A program made the translations under genes and the position numbers. A stretch of DNA of 61,901 nt, counting the filler, from Sandaracinaceae bacterium (lineage in GTDB: Bacteria; Myxococcota_A; Polyangia; Polyangiales; JADJQN01): the NCBI GenBank assembly GCA_947483975.1. It is 13 parts of 13 records of this genome, joined end to end, with 100 filler letters (N's around TTAATTAATTAA, not from the genome) between each part and the next. Parts side by side here need not be neighbours in the genome. Positions count along the whole stretch, not along the records: positions 52,662 to 57,242 come from CANKOL010000409.1; positions 57,343 to 61,901 come from CANKOL010000410.1; 11 more parts are not named here. The stretch is one strand, 5' to 3'. Positions 52,918 through 61,901 of the stretch are shown piece after piece. The notes under the pieces were generated by a model. That model did no database searches, was not told where the DNA came from, and was given only the letters and a program-made list of their open reading frames with translations. Numbering within the stretch: the stretch's first letter is position 1; each line of letters opens with the position of its first letter.

Positions 52918-54119
52918 CCCGCAGCTCGCGCGCGGCGTCGCTCGCGCTTGCAGTGACGATGACCGTCATGCTCGGCGTCGCGCCCGCCTCCGCGCAGACG
53001 GCGCGGCGCCCCGTCGCGTGCACCTCGTGCATCGCGGACTGGTACTACTTCGACGAGGACGCGTCAGGCGGCGTGCAGGACTGGAGCTGCGCGGGGAGCT
53101 CGTACGACGGGCACCGCGGGAGCGACTTCAGCTTGGCGGGCGGCAACGGCGCCATCGACACCGGCTACGACGTCGTCGCGGTCGCGGACGGCACGGTCAT
53201 CGCCGCCGAGGACGGGCACTTCGATCACTGCTCGACCTGCGACGCGAGCGTCGACGCGCGCTGCGGGCTGGCCTTCGGCGGCGGCTTCGCCAATCACGTC
53301 GCGATCGATCACGGCGGCTACCGCGCTTGGTACGGCCATATGCGGCTCAGCTCCGTGCGCGTCGCCGTCGGCGATCACGTCACCTGCGGGCAGGTGATCG
53401 GGCAGATCGGAAGCTCGGGCTGCACGACGGGCGCGCACCTGCACTTCGAGCCGCGCCCGCCGACGGGCGGCTACCTCACCGCGTTCGACCCGTTCGTCGG
53501 CGGCTGCTCGCCGCGCGCGACCTCGCTCTGGACCGACCAAGGCGCGCATCGCGGCCTGCCCGCCGCGACCTGCGACGGCAGCCCGCCGCCGCCCGTCTGC
53601 CCCGCGGGCACCTACGACATCTGGACCTGCGACAGCGCGCACACGCAGCGCCGGCGGTGCATCGGCGGCGCCGACATGATCGAGCCCTGTCCGTACGGCT
53701 GCGAGTCTCGGCCGACGGGCGTCGACGACGTCTGCACCAGCCCGCCCGACGCGGACGGCGACGGCTCGCCCGCCGACGTCGACTGCAACGACGGCGACGC
53801 GTCCGTGCACCCCGGCGCGACGGATGTCTGCGGCGACGGCGTCGATCAGGACTGCGTCGGCGGCGACGCCTCGTGCACGCCCGTCGAGGACCTCGGCGGC
53901 GTGCCTGGCCCCGACGGCGGCACACCGATCCCCGTCGACGGCTCGATCCGCCCGGTCGACGGCGGCGTCGCCCCGATGGACGGGAGCGCGGCGCGCGCGG
54001 ACCGCACGCTGCAAGGCGGCTGCGGCTGCCGGCTCGTTTGGAGCAGCGACGACCGCGGCGCGTGGCTCGCGCTCGCGGCTCTGCTCGGGCTGGTCGTGCG
54101 CCGCCGCTCGAGGGCGTGA
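52914..54119 (+). CDS. secreted M23 peptidase with Cys-rich/MopE-like repeat and MYXO-CTERM-like anchor
   Basis: Signal peptide; HRGSD, YGH, HLHFE; DADGDG..DCND..VHPGATDVCGDGVDQDC; GGCGC..TM..RRRSRA. Confidence 0.88.
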   Translation: MTRSSRAASLALAVTMTVMLGVAPASAQTARRPVACTSCIADWYYFDEDASGGVQDWSCAGSSYDGHRGSDFSLAGGNGAIDTGYDVVAVADGTVIAAEDGHFDHCSTCDASVDARCGLAFGGGFANHVAIDHGGYRAWYGHMRLSSVRVAVGDHVTCGQVIGQIGSSGCTTGAHLHFEPRPPTGGYLTAFDPFVGGCSPRATSLWTDQGAHRGLPAATCDGSPPPPVCPAGTYDIWTCDSAHTQRRRCIGGADMIEPCPYGCESRPTGVDDVCTSPPDADGDGSPADVDCNDGDASVHPGATDVCGDGVDQDCVGGDASCTPVEDLGGVPGPDGGTPIPVDGSIRPVDGGVAPMDGSAARADRTLQGGCGCRLVWSSDDRGAWLALAALLGLVVRRRSRA

Positions 54120-54151
54120 GGCGCTCCGCGTCGGTACATCAGGGCGCGGGC

Positions 54152-54204
54152 GGCGCTGTCTTCAGGGCGCCGGGGGCGCTGTCTTCAGGGCGCCGGGGGC
54201 GCTG
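54152..54204. repeat. 23-bp tandem duplication spanning the dedA stop codon
   Basis: GGCGCTGTCTTCAGGGCGCCGGG x2 plus a partial copy. Confidence 0.85.
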
Positions 54205-54823
54205 CGGCGGGCTTGGCGTTGCGGTGCTTCCACCACTCGAGGGCGGCGGGCAGCACCGAGACGAACACGATCAGGATGATGAACTTCTCGACGTGCTTGC
54301 CGACCCAGGCGAATTGCCCGAGGAAGTAGCCCATCAGCGTCATCGAGAGGATCCACGCGGCGGCGCCGATCACGTTGAAGACGGCGAAGTCGCGGTAGCG
54401 CATCTTCGCGACGCCCGCGACGACGGGCACGAACGTCCGCACCAGCGGCATGAAGCGCGCGATGATGATCGCCTTGCCGCCGTGCTTCTCGTAGAAGACG
54501 CGCGCCGCCTCGACGTGCGAGGGCTTGAAGAAGCGCGACTCCGGCTTCTTGAAGAGCGCGGGCCCGAGGCGCTTGCCGATCAGGTAGGAGGTCGCGTCGC
54601 CGAGCACCGCCGCGGGGATCAAGAGCGCCAGCAGCAGCGCGAGGTTGAGGTCGCCTTTCCCCGCGAAGAGCCCCGCGACGAAGAGCAGCGAGTCCCCCGG
54701 GAGGAAGAAGATCATCGCCCCCGTCTCGAGGAAGATGATGGCCGTCAGCGCCGGATAGCCCCCCCAGCGGATCAGGTCACCGGGGTCGCGGAGGTTGTGC
54801 AGGATCCACTCTAGGAAGGCCAC
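54185..54823 (-). CDS. dedA: DedA/VTT family membrane protein
   Basis: IIFLETG..FFLPGDSLLFVAG, ARFMPLVRTF. GTG start at 54823. Confidence 0.93.
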   Translation of the reverse strand: MAFLEWILHNLRDPGDLIRWGGYPALTAIIFLETGAMIFFLPGDSLLFVAGLFAGKGDLNLALLLALLIPAAVLGDATSYLIGKRLGPALFKKPESRFFKPSHVEAARVFYEKHGGKAIIIARFMPLVRTFVPVVAGVAKMRYRDFAVFNVIGAAAWILSMTLMGYFLGQFAWVGKHVEKFIILIVFVSVLPAALEWWKHRNAKPAAAPPAP

Positions 54824-54903
54824 GGCGCGCGTATAGCAGAGGGGATCTGCGACTACCAACAACGCTCCCCGCCGCGTCGGCCATTGCCACGGCCGCGCGG
54901 GCC

Positions 54904-57105
54904 GTGGGATATGTCGCAGCCGTGTCTGCCCTCCGAAACGCACTCCGCCGTGTCAGCCAGCCGTTCGAGCGCGCGCGCCTCCACCGCGCCCCCGCCCTCG
55001 TCGCGGCGCTCTCCGCGGCCCTCGCGCTCGCCCCTTGGGGCAGCGCCGGCTGTAAGTCGCGCGAGGGGCTGACGGTCGGCGCGTATCTCTCGATGACCGG
55101 GCAGACGGCGGACTTCGGCATCACGACCAAGCGCGGCTTCGACATGGCCTTCGAGGAGGTCAACCGCTCGGGCGGCGTGCGCGGCAAGCCCGTCTCGCTC
55201 GTCGTGCTCGACACGCAGGGCAAGGCCGACGAGGCGGGCAACGCCGTCGCGCGCCTGATCGACGTCGAGGGCTCGGTGGCCATCCTCGGCGAGGTCGCGT
55301 CGTCCCTCTCGCTCGTCGGCGGGCGCATCTGTCAGCGCAAGGGCGTGCCGATGATCTCGCCGTCCTCGACCAACGCGGCGGTGACGGAGATCGGCGATCA
55401 GGTCTTCCGCGTCTGCTTCATCGACCCGTTCCAGGGCTACGTGATGGCGCGCTTCGCGAGCGCGAACATGCACTACACGCGCGTCGCCGTGTTCCGCGAC
55501 GTGCGCAACGACTACTCGCAGGGGCTCGCGCGCTCGTTCATCGAGGCGTTCCGCGGCGTCGGCGGGCAGATCGTCTCCGACCAGAGCTACGGCGCGGGCG
55601 ACACGGACTTCGGCGCGCAGCTGACCTCGATGAAGGCAGCGAACCCCGAGGCGATCTTCATCCCCGGCTACTACGGCGACGTCGGCAACATCGCGCGGCA
55701 GGCGCGGCGCCTCGGCCTGCACGCGACGCTCCTCGGCGGCGACGGCTGGGACTCGCCGCAGCTCCGCGAGATCGGCGGGCCGGACATCCTCGGCAGCTAC
55801 TACTCGAACCACTTCGCGCCCGACAACCCGACGCCGCGCGCGCGCAGCTTCATCGCGCGCTATCAGCGCCGCTACCACGAGCTGCCGACCTCGCTCGCCG
55901 CGCAGGGCTACGACTCGGCGATGATGCTGTTCGACGCGATGCGCCGCGCGCCCGACCTGCGCCCGCGCTCGATCCGCAACGCGCTCGCCGCGACGCATGG
56001 CTTCGCGGGCGTCACCGGCATCATCACGATGGACGCGCACCGCAACCCCATCAAGCCCGCGGTCGTGCTCCGCGTCGCGGCCGAGGGGGACGTCTTCGAG
56101 ACGATGGTCGAGCCGGTCTCGCCCGATCAGCTCGCCGCCGCGACGACCGCGACGCCCGAGCGCGCCGTAGACGACGCGAACCGCCCGCACGGCAGCGGTC
56201 TCGGCGTCTTCTTTCAGCAGCTCGTCAACGGGCTCAGCGCGGGCAGCATCTACGCGCTGATCGCGCTCGGCTACACGATGGTCTATGGCGTGCTCGGCCT
56301 GATCAACTTCGCGCACAGCGAGGTGTTCATGATGAGCTCGTTCGCGGGCTTCTATTGCGCGGGCTGGCTCGGCTACAAGCAAGGGCTGCCGTTCCCGATC
56401 GCCGCCGCCGTCGCGGTGCTCGTCTTCTCGATGGTCGCCGCCGCGGCGCTCGGCGTGACGATCGAGCGCCTCGCCTACCGACCCGTGCGCAACGCGCCGC
56501 GGCTGACCCCGCTGATCACCGCGATCGGCGTCTCGCTGCTGCTGCAGAACCTCGGCATCTTCTTCTTCACCGCGACGCCGCGCAGCTTCCCGTCGATCGT
56601 CGCGGAGTCGCGCTACGAGCTCGGCGGGGTCGTGATCACGAACGTGAAGCTCGTGATCTTCGGCGTGTCGATCGCGCTGATGATCGGCCTCGACCGCTTC
56701 GTGAAGAAGACGTGGACGGGCAAGGCGATGCGCGCCGTCTCGGTCAACCCCGCCGCGGCGCGGCTGATGGGCATCCCGGTCGACCGCACGATCACGCTGA
56801 CGTTCGCGATCGGCTCGGCGCTCGCGGCGGCGGGCGGCGTGCTCTTCGGGCTCGATCAGACGAAGATCGAGCCGCTGATGGGCGTCGCGATCGGGCTGAA
56901 GGCGTTCGTCGCCGCGGTGCTCGGCGGCATCGGGAACATCCCCGGCGCGGTCGTCGGTGGCCTCCTGATCGGCCTCGCGGAGCAGCTGACGGCGGGCTAT
57001 CTGTCGGCCGACTACCGCGACGCGATCACCTTCGTGATCCTCGTGCTCGTGCTGCTCTTCCGCCCGCAGGGGCTGCTCGGCGTCGTCCGGCAAGAGAAGG
57101 TTTGA
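54904..57105 (+). CDS. fused branched-chain amino acid ABC substrate-binding protein (LivK/J) and permease (LivH)
   Basis: Lipobox SAGC and a LivJ-like SBP (FRVCFIDPFQG, GGDGWDS), in frame with LivH (QQLVNGL..GSIYALIALGYTMVYG, KAFVAAVLGGIG). Start uncertain. Confidence 0.9.
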   Translation: MGYVAAVSALRNALRRVSQPFERARLHRAPALVAALSAALALAPWGSAGCKSREGLTVGAYLSMTGQTADFGITTKRGFDMAFEEVNRSGGVRGKPVSLVVLDTQGKADEAGNAVARLIDVEGSVAILGEVASSLSLVGGRICQRKGVPMISPSSTNAAVTEIGDQVFRVCFIDPFQGYVMARFASANMHYTRVAVFRDVRNDYSQGLARSFIEAFRGVGGQIVSDQSYGAGDTDFGAQLTSMKAANPEAIFIPGYYGDVGNIARQARRLGLHATLLGGDGWDSPQLREIGGPDILGSYYSNHFAPDNPTPRARSFIARYQRRYHELPTSLAAQGYDSAMMLFDAMRRAPDLRPRSIRNALAATHGFAGVTGIITMDAHRNPIKPAVVLRVAAEGDVFETMVEPVSPDQLAAATTATPERAVDDANRPHGSGLGVFFQQLVNGLSAGSIYALIALGYTMVYGVLGLINFAHSEVFMMSSFAGFYCAGWLGYKQGLPFPIAAAVAVLVFSMVAAAALGVTIERLAYRPVRNAPRLTPLITAIGVSLLLQNLGIFFFTATPRSFPSIVAESRYELGGVVITNVKLVIFGVSIALMIGLDRFVKKTWTGKAMRAVSVNPAAARLMGIPVDRTITLTFAIGSALAAAGGVLFGLDQTKIEPLMGVAIGLKAFVAAVLGGIGNIPGAVVGGLLIGLAEQLTAGYLSADYRDAITFVILVLVLLFRPQGLLGVVRQEKV

Positions 57106-57152
57106 GCGCCGCGGATTGTCTCGCGCGGCTCGCGCGTTAGGGTCGTAGCCCG

Positions 57153-57242
57153 ATGAGCGAGCCCGTCCTGTGTGAGTCCTGCGGTCGGCCGATGAGCGCC
57201 GCGGCGGCGCGCTGCCCGCACTGCGGCGTGGTGCAGAGCCGC
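57153..57242 (+). CDS. zinc-ribbon protein, N-terminal fragment
   Basis: MSEPVLCESCG..RCPHCG, cut by the linker. Confidence 0.55.
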
Positions 57243-57342
57243 NNNNNNNNNNNNNNNNNNNNNNNNNNNNNNNNNNNNNNNNNNNNTTAATTAATTAANN
57301 NNNNNNNNNNNNNNNNNNNNNNNNNNNNNNNNNNNNNNNNNN
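57243..57342. other. artificial contig linker
   Basis: N44-TTAATTAATTAA-N44. Confidence 0.99.
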
Positions 57343-58113
57343 GGTGGCGGGCGCAGCAGCGGCGGGCGCAGCGGCGGCGGGCGGCGGCGTCAGCAGGAGC
57401 GGGTCGATGACGAGCTCACGACCCTCGACGACCTGCGCGACGGCGCTCGCGACCTCGTTGGCGCCGTCGAAGACCTTGAGCGTGTACTGACCCGGCGCGA
57501 TGTTCGTGAACTTGTAGTCGCCGTTCGCCTCGATCGTCCCGACGGCGCTGAGGTTGGCGAGGACGTGCAGCTGCCCGCGCACGTGCGCGATCTGTCGATC
57601 CCGGATGGGCCAGGTGCCCGGCTGCGTCACGCGCACGGTGCGCGCCTGCCCCGACGAGGTGGCCTCCGCGGAGAAGCCGTCGAGCCCCTCGGCGAAGAGC
57701 TCGTGCGCGAAGTCGTCGCGGTTCTCGATGCGCACGACCGTGTCGGGGCGCACGACGATGGTCGACGGCGAGAGCGAGCCGCCGACGAGCGTCACGGACG
57801 CGCGGTTCTCCGCGCCGGCTTGCGGCGGCCCGAGCAGGACCACCGCGAGCTGCCGGACCATGTCGACGCGGCGCGGGCGCGGGTCGAGGAAGCCGTTCCA
57901 CTCCTCCCAGTAATACGGCCTGCGCTCGTCGGCGCCGGGGGCCCGTACGTAGCCCTCGGGCGCGCGCAGCATCCCCTTCAGGTCCACGGCGAGCGCCGAG
58001 GTCGAGAGCAGCGCCGTCGCGGCGACGCAGGCGGCTGCGCCCACGCCGAGCACGGCCGTCGGGACAGAGAAGCTCGGGAACGAGCGGTGCGGTCGGGGAG
58101 TCGGGTCGCTCAT
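57343..58113 (-). CDS. secreted protein with cupredoxin-like and carboxypeptidase-regulatory-like domains, 3' partial
   Basis: Signal peptide; VRIENRDDFAHEL; GDYKFTNIAPGQYTLKV. Confidence 0.7.
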
Positions 58114-58253
58114 CGAAAACCCTTCGCAGGCAGCGGTTTTACGCCGGGCCCGCATGGTACGCGGGCGCACGTTCCGCGGTCAACGCGGACCTGCGTCCCG
58201 CGCCGCCGGGCTCGCGCGTTGCCGAGTCCTCCGCGCGCGCCTAGCTTCGCGCC

Positions 58254-59126
58254 GTGTCGAACGACGAACTCCTGACGATCCGCCTCGCCTACAGCCCCGA
58301 CGCCGACGACGCCTTCATGTTCTGGGCGCTCCGCGAGGGTCATATCGACACCCACGGGCTGCGCTTCACGCACGTGCGCGCCGACACCGAGTCGCTCAAC
58401 CGCTCCGCCGAAGACCCCGACGCGCCCGACGTCAGCGCCGTCTCGATCCACCAGTACGCCTACCTCGCGGACCGCTGGCTGCTCCTGCCGCACGGCGGCT
58501 CCGTCGGCGTCGGCTACGGCCCGGTGCTCGTCGCCCGCGAGGCGCGCGACCCCGCGAGCCTGCGCACCGGGCGCCTCGGCGTGCCCGGCGTGCGCACGAC
58601 CGCGTACCTCGTGCTGCGCCTCCTGCTCGGCGCGGACTTCGAGGCCGTGATCGTGCCGATCGCCCCGTTTCGTCGGGCGTTCGACGCAGTGCGCGGCGGC
58701 GAGGTCGACGCGACGCTGCTGATCCACGAGGGGCGCCTCCTCTACGAGCGCGAGGACCTGCACCGCGTCCTCGACCTCGGCGAGGCGTGGCAGGCGCTCA
58801 CCGCGCTCCCGCTGCCGCTCGGCGGGAACGTCATCCGCAAGGACCTCGGCGCGGAGACCATCGCGCGCGTCTCGGCGGTGCTGCGCGAGAGCATCGCCTA
58901 CGCGCTCGCGCACCGCGACGAGGTGATCGACTGGCTCGTCTCGAGCGAGACGCGCGAGGGCGTGCCCCGCGACCGCGCGATGATCGACCGCTACCTCTCG
59001 ATGTACGCCAACGCGGACACGCTCGACTACGGCGCCGAGGGGCGCCGCGCGATCGCCGATCTGCTCGCGCGCGGGCACGCCGCCGGGCTGATCCCGCACG
59101 CCGTCGACGTCGAGTTCGCGCCGTAG
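58254..59126 (+). CDS. mqnD: 1,4-dihydroxy-6-naphthoate synthase (futalosine pathway)
   Basis: AYSPDADDAFMF, GYGP, TTA, LLIHEG, DLGEAW..LPLPLG. Confidence 0.85.
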   Translation: MSNDELLTIRLAYSPDADDAFMFWALREGHIDTHGLRFTHVRADTESLNRSAEDPDAPDVSAVSIHQYAYLADRWLLLPHGGSVGVGYGPVLVAREARDPASLRTGRLGVPGVRTTAYLVLRLLLGADFEAVIVPIAPFRRAFDAVRGGEVDATLLIHEGRLLYEREDLHRVLDLGEAWQALTALPLPLGGNVIRKDLGAETIARVSAVLRESIAYALAHRDEVIDWLVSSETREGVPRDRAMIDRYLSMYANADTLDYGAEGRRAIADLLARGHAAGLIPHAVDVEFAP

Positions 59127-59145
59127 CGCGGCGCGCGCAGGCTCA

Positions 59146-59267
59146 AGAGCTGTAGAAAAATAGTCCGAGAGCGAGCGCGCCCGGAGCGCAGACCCGAGGA
59201 ATACTCCTGTATTTCGCAGGGTCTGCGTGAGGACGTAAGCCGCTATCGGGCATTTTTCGACAGCTCT
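59146..59267. mobile_element. 122-bp MITE-like element with 16-bp TIRs and a TCA target duplication
   Basis: AGAGCTGTAGAAAAAT ... ATTTTTCGACAGCTCT (1 mismatch); TCA on both flanks; internal hairpin. Confidence 0.8.
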
Positions 59268-60065
59268 TCAGCGAATCACCCACTCGCCGCGATAGGTCGG
59301 GAAGCTCGCCGCGAAGCGCCCGAAGTGCTCGACGGTCAGCCAGATCGAGCCCTCCACCTGATACGGGATGGTGAACGTCGTCCGGCGCCCGCTCGAGATC
59401 GCCTGGAGCGACTCTGTCGCGAGCTGTCGGACGAGCCCGAGCACCTGCTCCGGGTCGAGCTGCAGGCGGACGCTGACGCGCGCGGTCGAGCGCGGCGCGA
59501 TCGTGCGGATGCGCAGGTTCTCGAGGCGCTCCTCGCCCGTCGCCACGGCCAGCAGAAACCCCGCCGCGGCGCGCCCGAAGTCGCTCAGGTCGCGGATCTC
59601 GGGCTCGCTCGACTCGCATGAGGTCGTCGTGTCCTGCGGGCAGGTCGCGGGGTCGTCGCACATCGTGATGCACGCGGCGCCCAGGTTTTGCTGGCCGCGC
59701 GCGTCGGGGTACGCCGTGAAGGCGACGAGCGCAGAGACCACCGGCAGCGGCACCTCGGCGACGTTCTCGACGTCCAGCCCGACGTCGAACGCGAAGCTCA
59801 TCTGCTCGCGCGACGGCACGCCGCCGAACGCCAGGCAGAGCAGCGGGTTCGGCGCGACGCGCGCGCAGTAGTAGCCCGCCATCATCTGCGCGGTCGGCGC
59901 GCGCACGAGGCGCACCTCGGCGACCGAGACGTGCGGCGTCGGCGGCTGCCCGCCCGGCACCGGCATCCCCGGCCACTGCAGGCCCGCGCAGCCCGCGGCG
60001 AGCGCGCAGAGCGCGACGAACAACACACCGCGAACGATTGGAAGACGACGCGCGTCGGTCGGCAT
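59268..60065 (-). CDS. hypothetical lipoprotein (LEA2-like fold suspected)
   Basis: Lipobox AAGC; LDVEN..VPLP and IPYQVEG beta-strand patterns. Confidence 0.7.
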   Translation of the reverse strand: MPTDARRLPIVRGVLFVALCALAAGCAGLQWPGMPVPGGQPPTPHVSVAEVRLVRAPTAQMMAGYYCARVAPNPLLCLAFGGVPSREQMSFAFDVGLDVENVAEVPLPVVSALVAFTAYPDARGQQNLGAACITMCDDPATCPQDTTTSCESSEPEIRDLSDFGRAAAGFLLAVATGEERLENLRIRTIAPRSTARVSVRLQLDPEQVLGLVRQLATESLQAISSGRRTTFTIPYQVEGSIWLTVEHFGRFAASFPTYRGEWVIR

Positions 60066-60149
60066 GAGGGGCCTCAGATCAGTAGAGAAGCGGGGCTGCG
60101 AGCGTCCGACGGAGTCAGCCGCTCAGAAACTCAACGGGTCGCGCGCGCC

Positions 60150-61205
60150 TCAGACCGGCGGCGGCGCGTAGTAGTCGACCACGTCGATCGGCTGCTTCGA
60201 GAGGCGCACGTCGATCACCTTCCGAGAGCCGAGCAGATCGCCGCCGACCTGCAGCGGCATCGTCTCGTCGAAGTGGATCGACACGCGCTCGCAGAGGAAG
60301 TCGTGGATCGTGTCGCTGCGATACGTGCCGTCCCAGATCTTGCGGATGTGCAGCGCCACCTGCGCGCTCGTGATGTCGACGACGCGCAGCGAGAAGCGGT
60401 CCTCGCGCTCGTCGGCATACGGGAAGATCCGCGCGCCGAAGCCCCAATAGGGGATCGTCGCGAACGCCACCATGCGCGAGGGCCCGTCGTACACGACCTC
60501 GCCTTGGTGAATCCCCGGCCCGAGCGGGCGCCCGTCTTGCCCCATCACGATGACGTCCTCGCCCTCGTTGATGATGCGGACGTGCGGGTGCGGGCGAAAC
60601 AGAAACTCCGGCAAGGAGCGCGTGACGACCGAGGTCAGGTACGTCGCGCCGCCGCCCGCGAAGCGCTTGAGCACCGGCGTGCGCGCGAACATCTCTCGCG
60701 TCTGCTGGTAGTGATCGAGCGAGATCGAGTCGATGCCGAGCCCGGCGAACGGCGTCAGCGTGCCCTCGACGTCGAGCAGGCGCAGCTTGCGCGAGCCGCC
60801 GGTCTTTCGGAGCCTGCCGAGGTCCGCGACGATGCCCGTGCCCTTGTCGTCGTGCGCGCCGAGCACCCACGCGATCGCGTTGCCCGTGCCGAGGCGCAGA
60901 AAGCCGAAGCGCGGCCACCTCTTGCCGAGCGCGTCGCACTCCTGCGTCACCCAGGTCACGACCTGCACGAAGGTGCCGTCGCCGCCGCCCGTCAGCACGG
61001 TCGGATAGCCGCGCTGCGCGATCGTGCGGGCGATCTCGCGGCCCTCTTCGAGCGAGCGCGACACGAACAGGTCGCCGCTCTGCACGATCTGATCGAGCAT
61101 CTCGACGAGGTCGTCGGTGACGCGCTTGGCGTTGCCGTTGACGACGATCGCGACCCGGTCTTGCCAGGTGCTCGACGCGCCGACGTGCTGAGGCGTTTCA
61201 GCCAT
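60150..61205 (-). CDS. diacylglycerol/lipid kinase family protein
   Basis: VNGNA, GGGDGT, LGTGN, GLGID, LQVGGD. Confidence 0.88.
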   Translation of the reverse strand: MAETPQHVGASSTWQDRVAIVVNGNAKRVTDDLVEMLDQIVQSGDLFVSRSLEEGREIARTIAQRGYPTVLTGGGDGTFVQVVTWVTQECDALGKRWPRFGFLRLGTGNAIAWVLGAHDDKGTGIVADLGRLRKTGGSRKLRLLDVEGTLTPFAGLGIDSISLDHYQQTREMFARTPVLKRFAGGGATYLTSVVTRSLPEFLFRPHPHVRIINEGEDVIVMGQDGRPLGPGIHQGEVVYDGPSRMVAFATIPYWGFGARIFPYADEREDRFSLRVVDITSAQVALHIRKIWDGTYRSDTIHDFLCERVSIHFDETMPLQVGGDLLGSRKVIDVRLSKQPIDVVDYYAPPPV

Positions 61206-61246
61206 GGAGCAGCACGCCGGCGGCTTGAGTCATCAGCATGACGAGA

Positions 61247-61576
61247 TCAGAAGAGATCCTTCAGCGTGACCTCGGCGACCTTCTTCGTCGTCAGCAGCGT
61301 GTTGACGGCGCGGAGGATGCGCGTCTTCGCCGGGCCGTTCACTTCGGCGCCCGCGAGCGCGGCGTCGAGCGTCGGCTGCGTGATCGCGCGGCCCGAGCGC
61401 GGCTTCACCTTCGGCTCGAGCTTGGCCTTGGCCTTCTCGTCGCCGGCCTTGGCCTGCGTCTTGAGGAGCTTCAGCGCGCGGTCCGCCGGGCGGAGCTGCT
61501 CGAGCTCTTTCGAGACCGCCACGAGGCGGCGGGCGTCGATCTTCTTCGTCTTCAGGAAATCGGAGAACTTGCTCAT
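61247..61576 (-). CDS. small basic protein, 109 aa
   Basis: 17 Lys and 8 Arg; strong codon bias; promoter TTGTCC-N17-TACGCT at 61693-61665. Confidence 0.8.
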   Translation of the reverse strand: MSKFSDFLKTKKIDARRLVAVSKELEQLRPADRALKLLKTQAKAGDEKAKAKLEPKVKPRSGRAITQPTLDAALAGAEVNGPAKTRILRAVNTLLTTKKVAEVTLKDLF

Positions 61577-61743
61577 CGTCGTGTCCGTCTGTGCTTTCCC
61601 CTGCGGGTGCAGGTGGGCGTTCTTGCGCGCGCGGCGGCTGGTCGCGGCCGAAACGCGGGGCCCGAGCGTAGCGAACGCGGGTCGTCGGGACAAGGTGAGG
61701 CGTATTCTCCATACGGGGGGGCCCCGGGCTCCGGGGAGTCGCG

Positions 61744-61786
61744 CCCCCTCCCCAGCCCTCCCCCGGGCCCCGGGGGAGGGAGTTTT
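61744..61786. repeat. REP-like GC hairpin
   Basis: CCCTCCCCCGG-GCC-CCGGGGGAGGG perfect 11-bp stem, preceded by CCCCCTCCCCAG and followed by AGTTTT. Confidence 0.6.
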
Positions 61787-61901
61787 CCGGAAGGGCCCAC
61801 CGTCGCAGCGGTGCGTCGGGCGGAGGCGTGCGCTGGCGCGGCCGCCGCACATTGCCGGGGGCGGCGCGCGAGGGGCTGCGGGGTGGTGGGGGTGCGTAAG
61901 A

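Overview
This is not one genomic locus. It is 13 unrelated contigs of about 4.6-4.7 kb, in decreasing length order, joined by 12 artificial 100-bp linkers (N44-TTAATTAATTAA-N44), so gene neighbourhoods only hold within a contig. Very high GC, a MYXO-CTERM-like sorting signal, a giant TPR protein, a Pfa2/Pfa3-type PUFA synthase and Cys-rich lipoproteins point to a myxobacterial (probably Polyangia-like) draft genome or MAG (inference). Recognisable genes: PUFA synthase fragments, smc, hrcA-grpE-dnaK, two ECF sigma/anti-sigma pairs, an OPT transporter, three M23 peptidases, ilvE, DedA, a LivK-LivH fusion, mqnD and a DAGK-family kinase. No rRNA, tRNA or CRISPR array was seen. Strongest leads: (1) two matching back-to-back ECF-type promoters (GTCACGCG-N13-CGTTG) linking a sigma/anti-sigma pair to a stand-alone mini ExbB/MotA-like gene; (2) an NrdR-box pair upstream of smc; (3) a hybrid kinase lacking its phospho-His, with a 21-bp heptad repeat expansion; (4) a mosaic contig with a truncated Cas4/RecB-like nuclease spliced onto another gene, plus XRE and PEGA remnants; (5) a 122-bp MITE with TIRs and a 3-bp TSD; (6) a LivK-LivH fusion; (7) apparently frequent leaderless promoters. 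All calls come from reading motifs by eye; no database searches were run.
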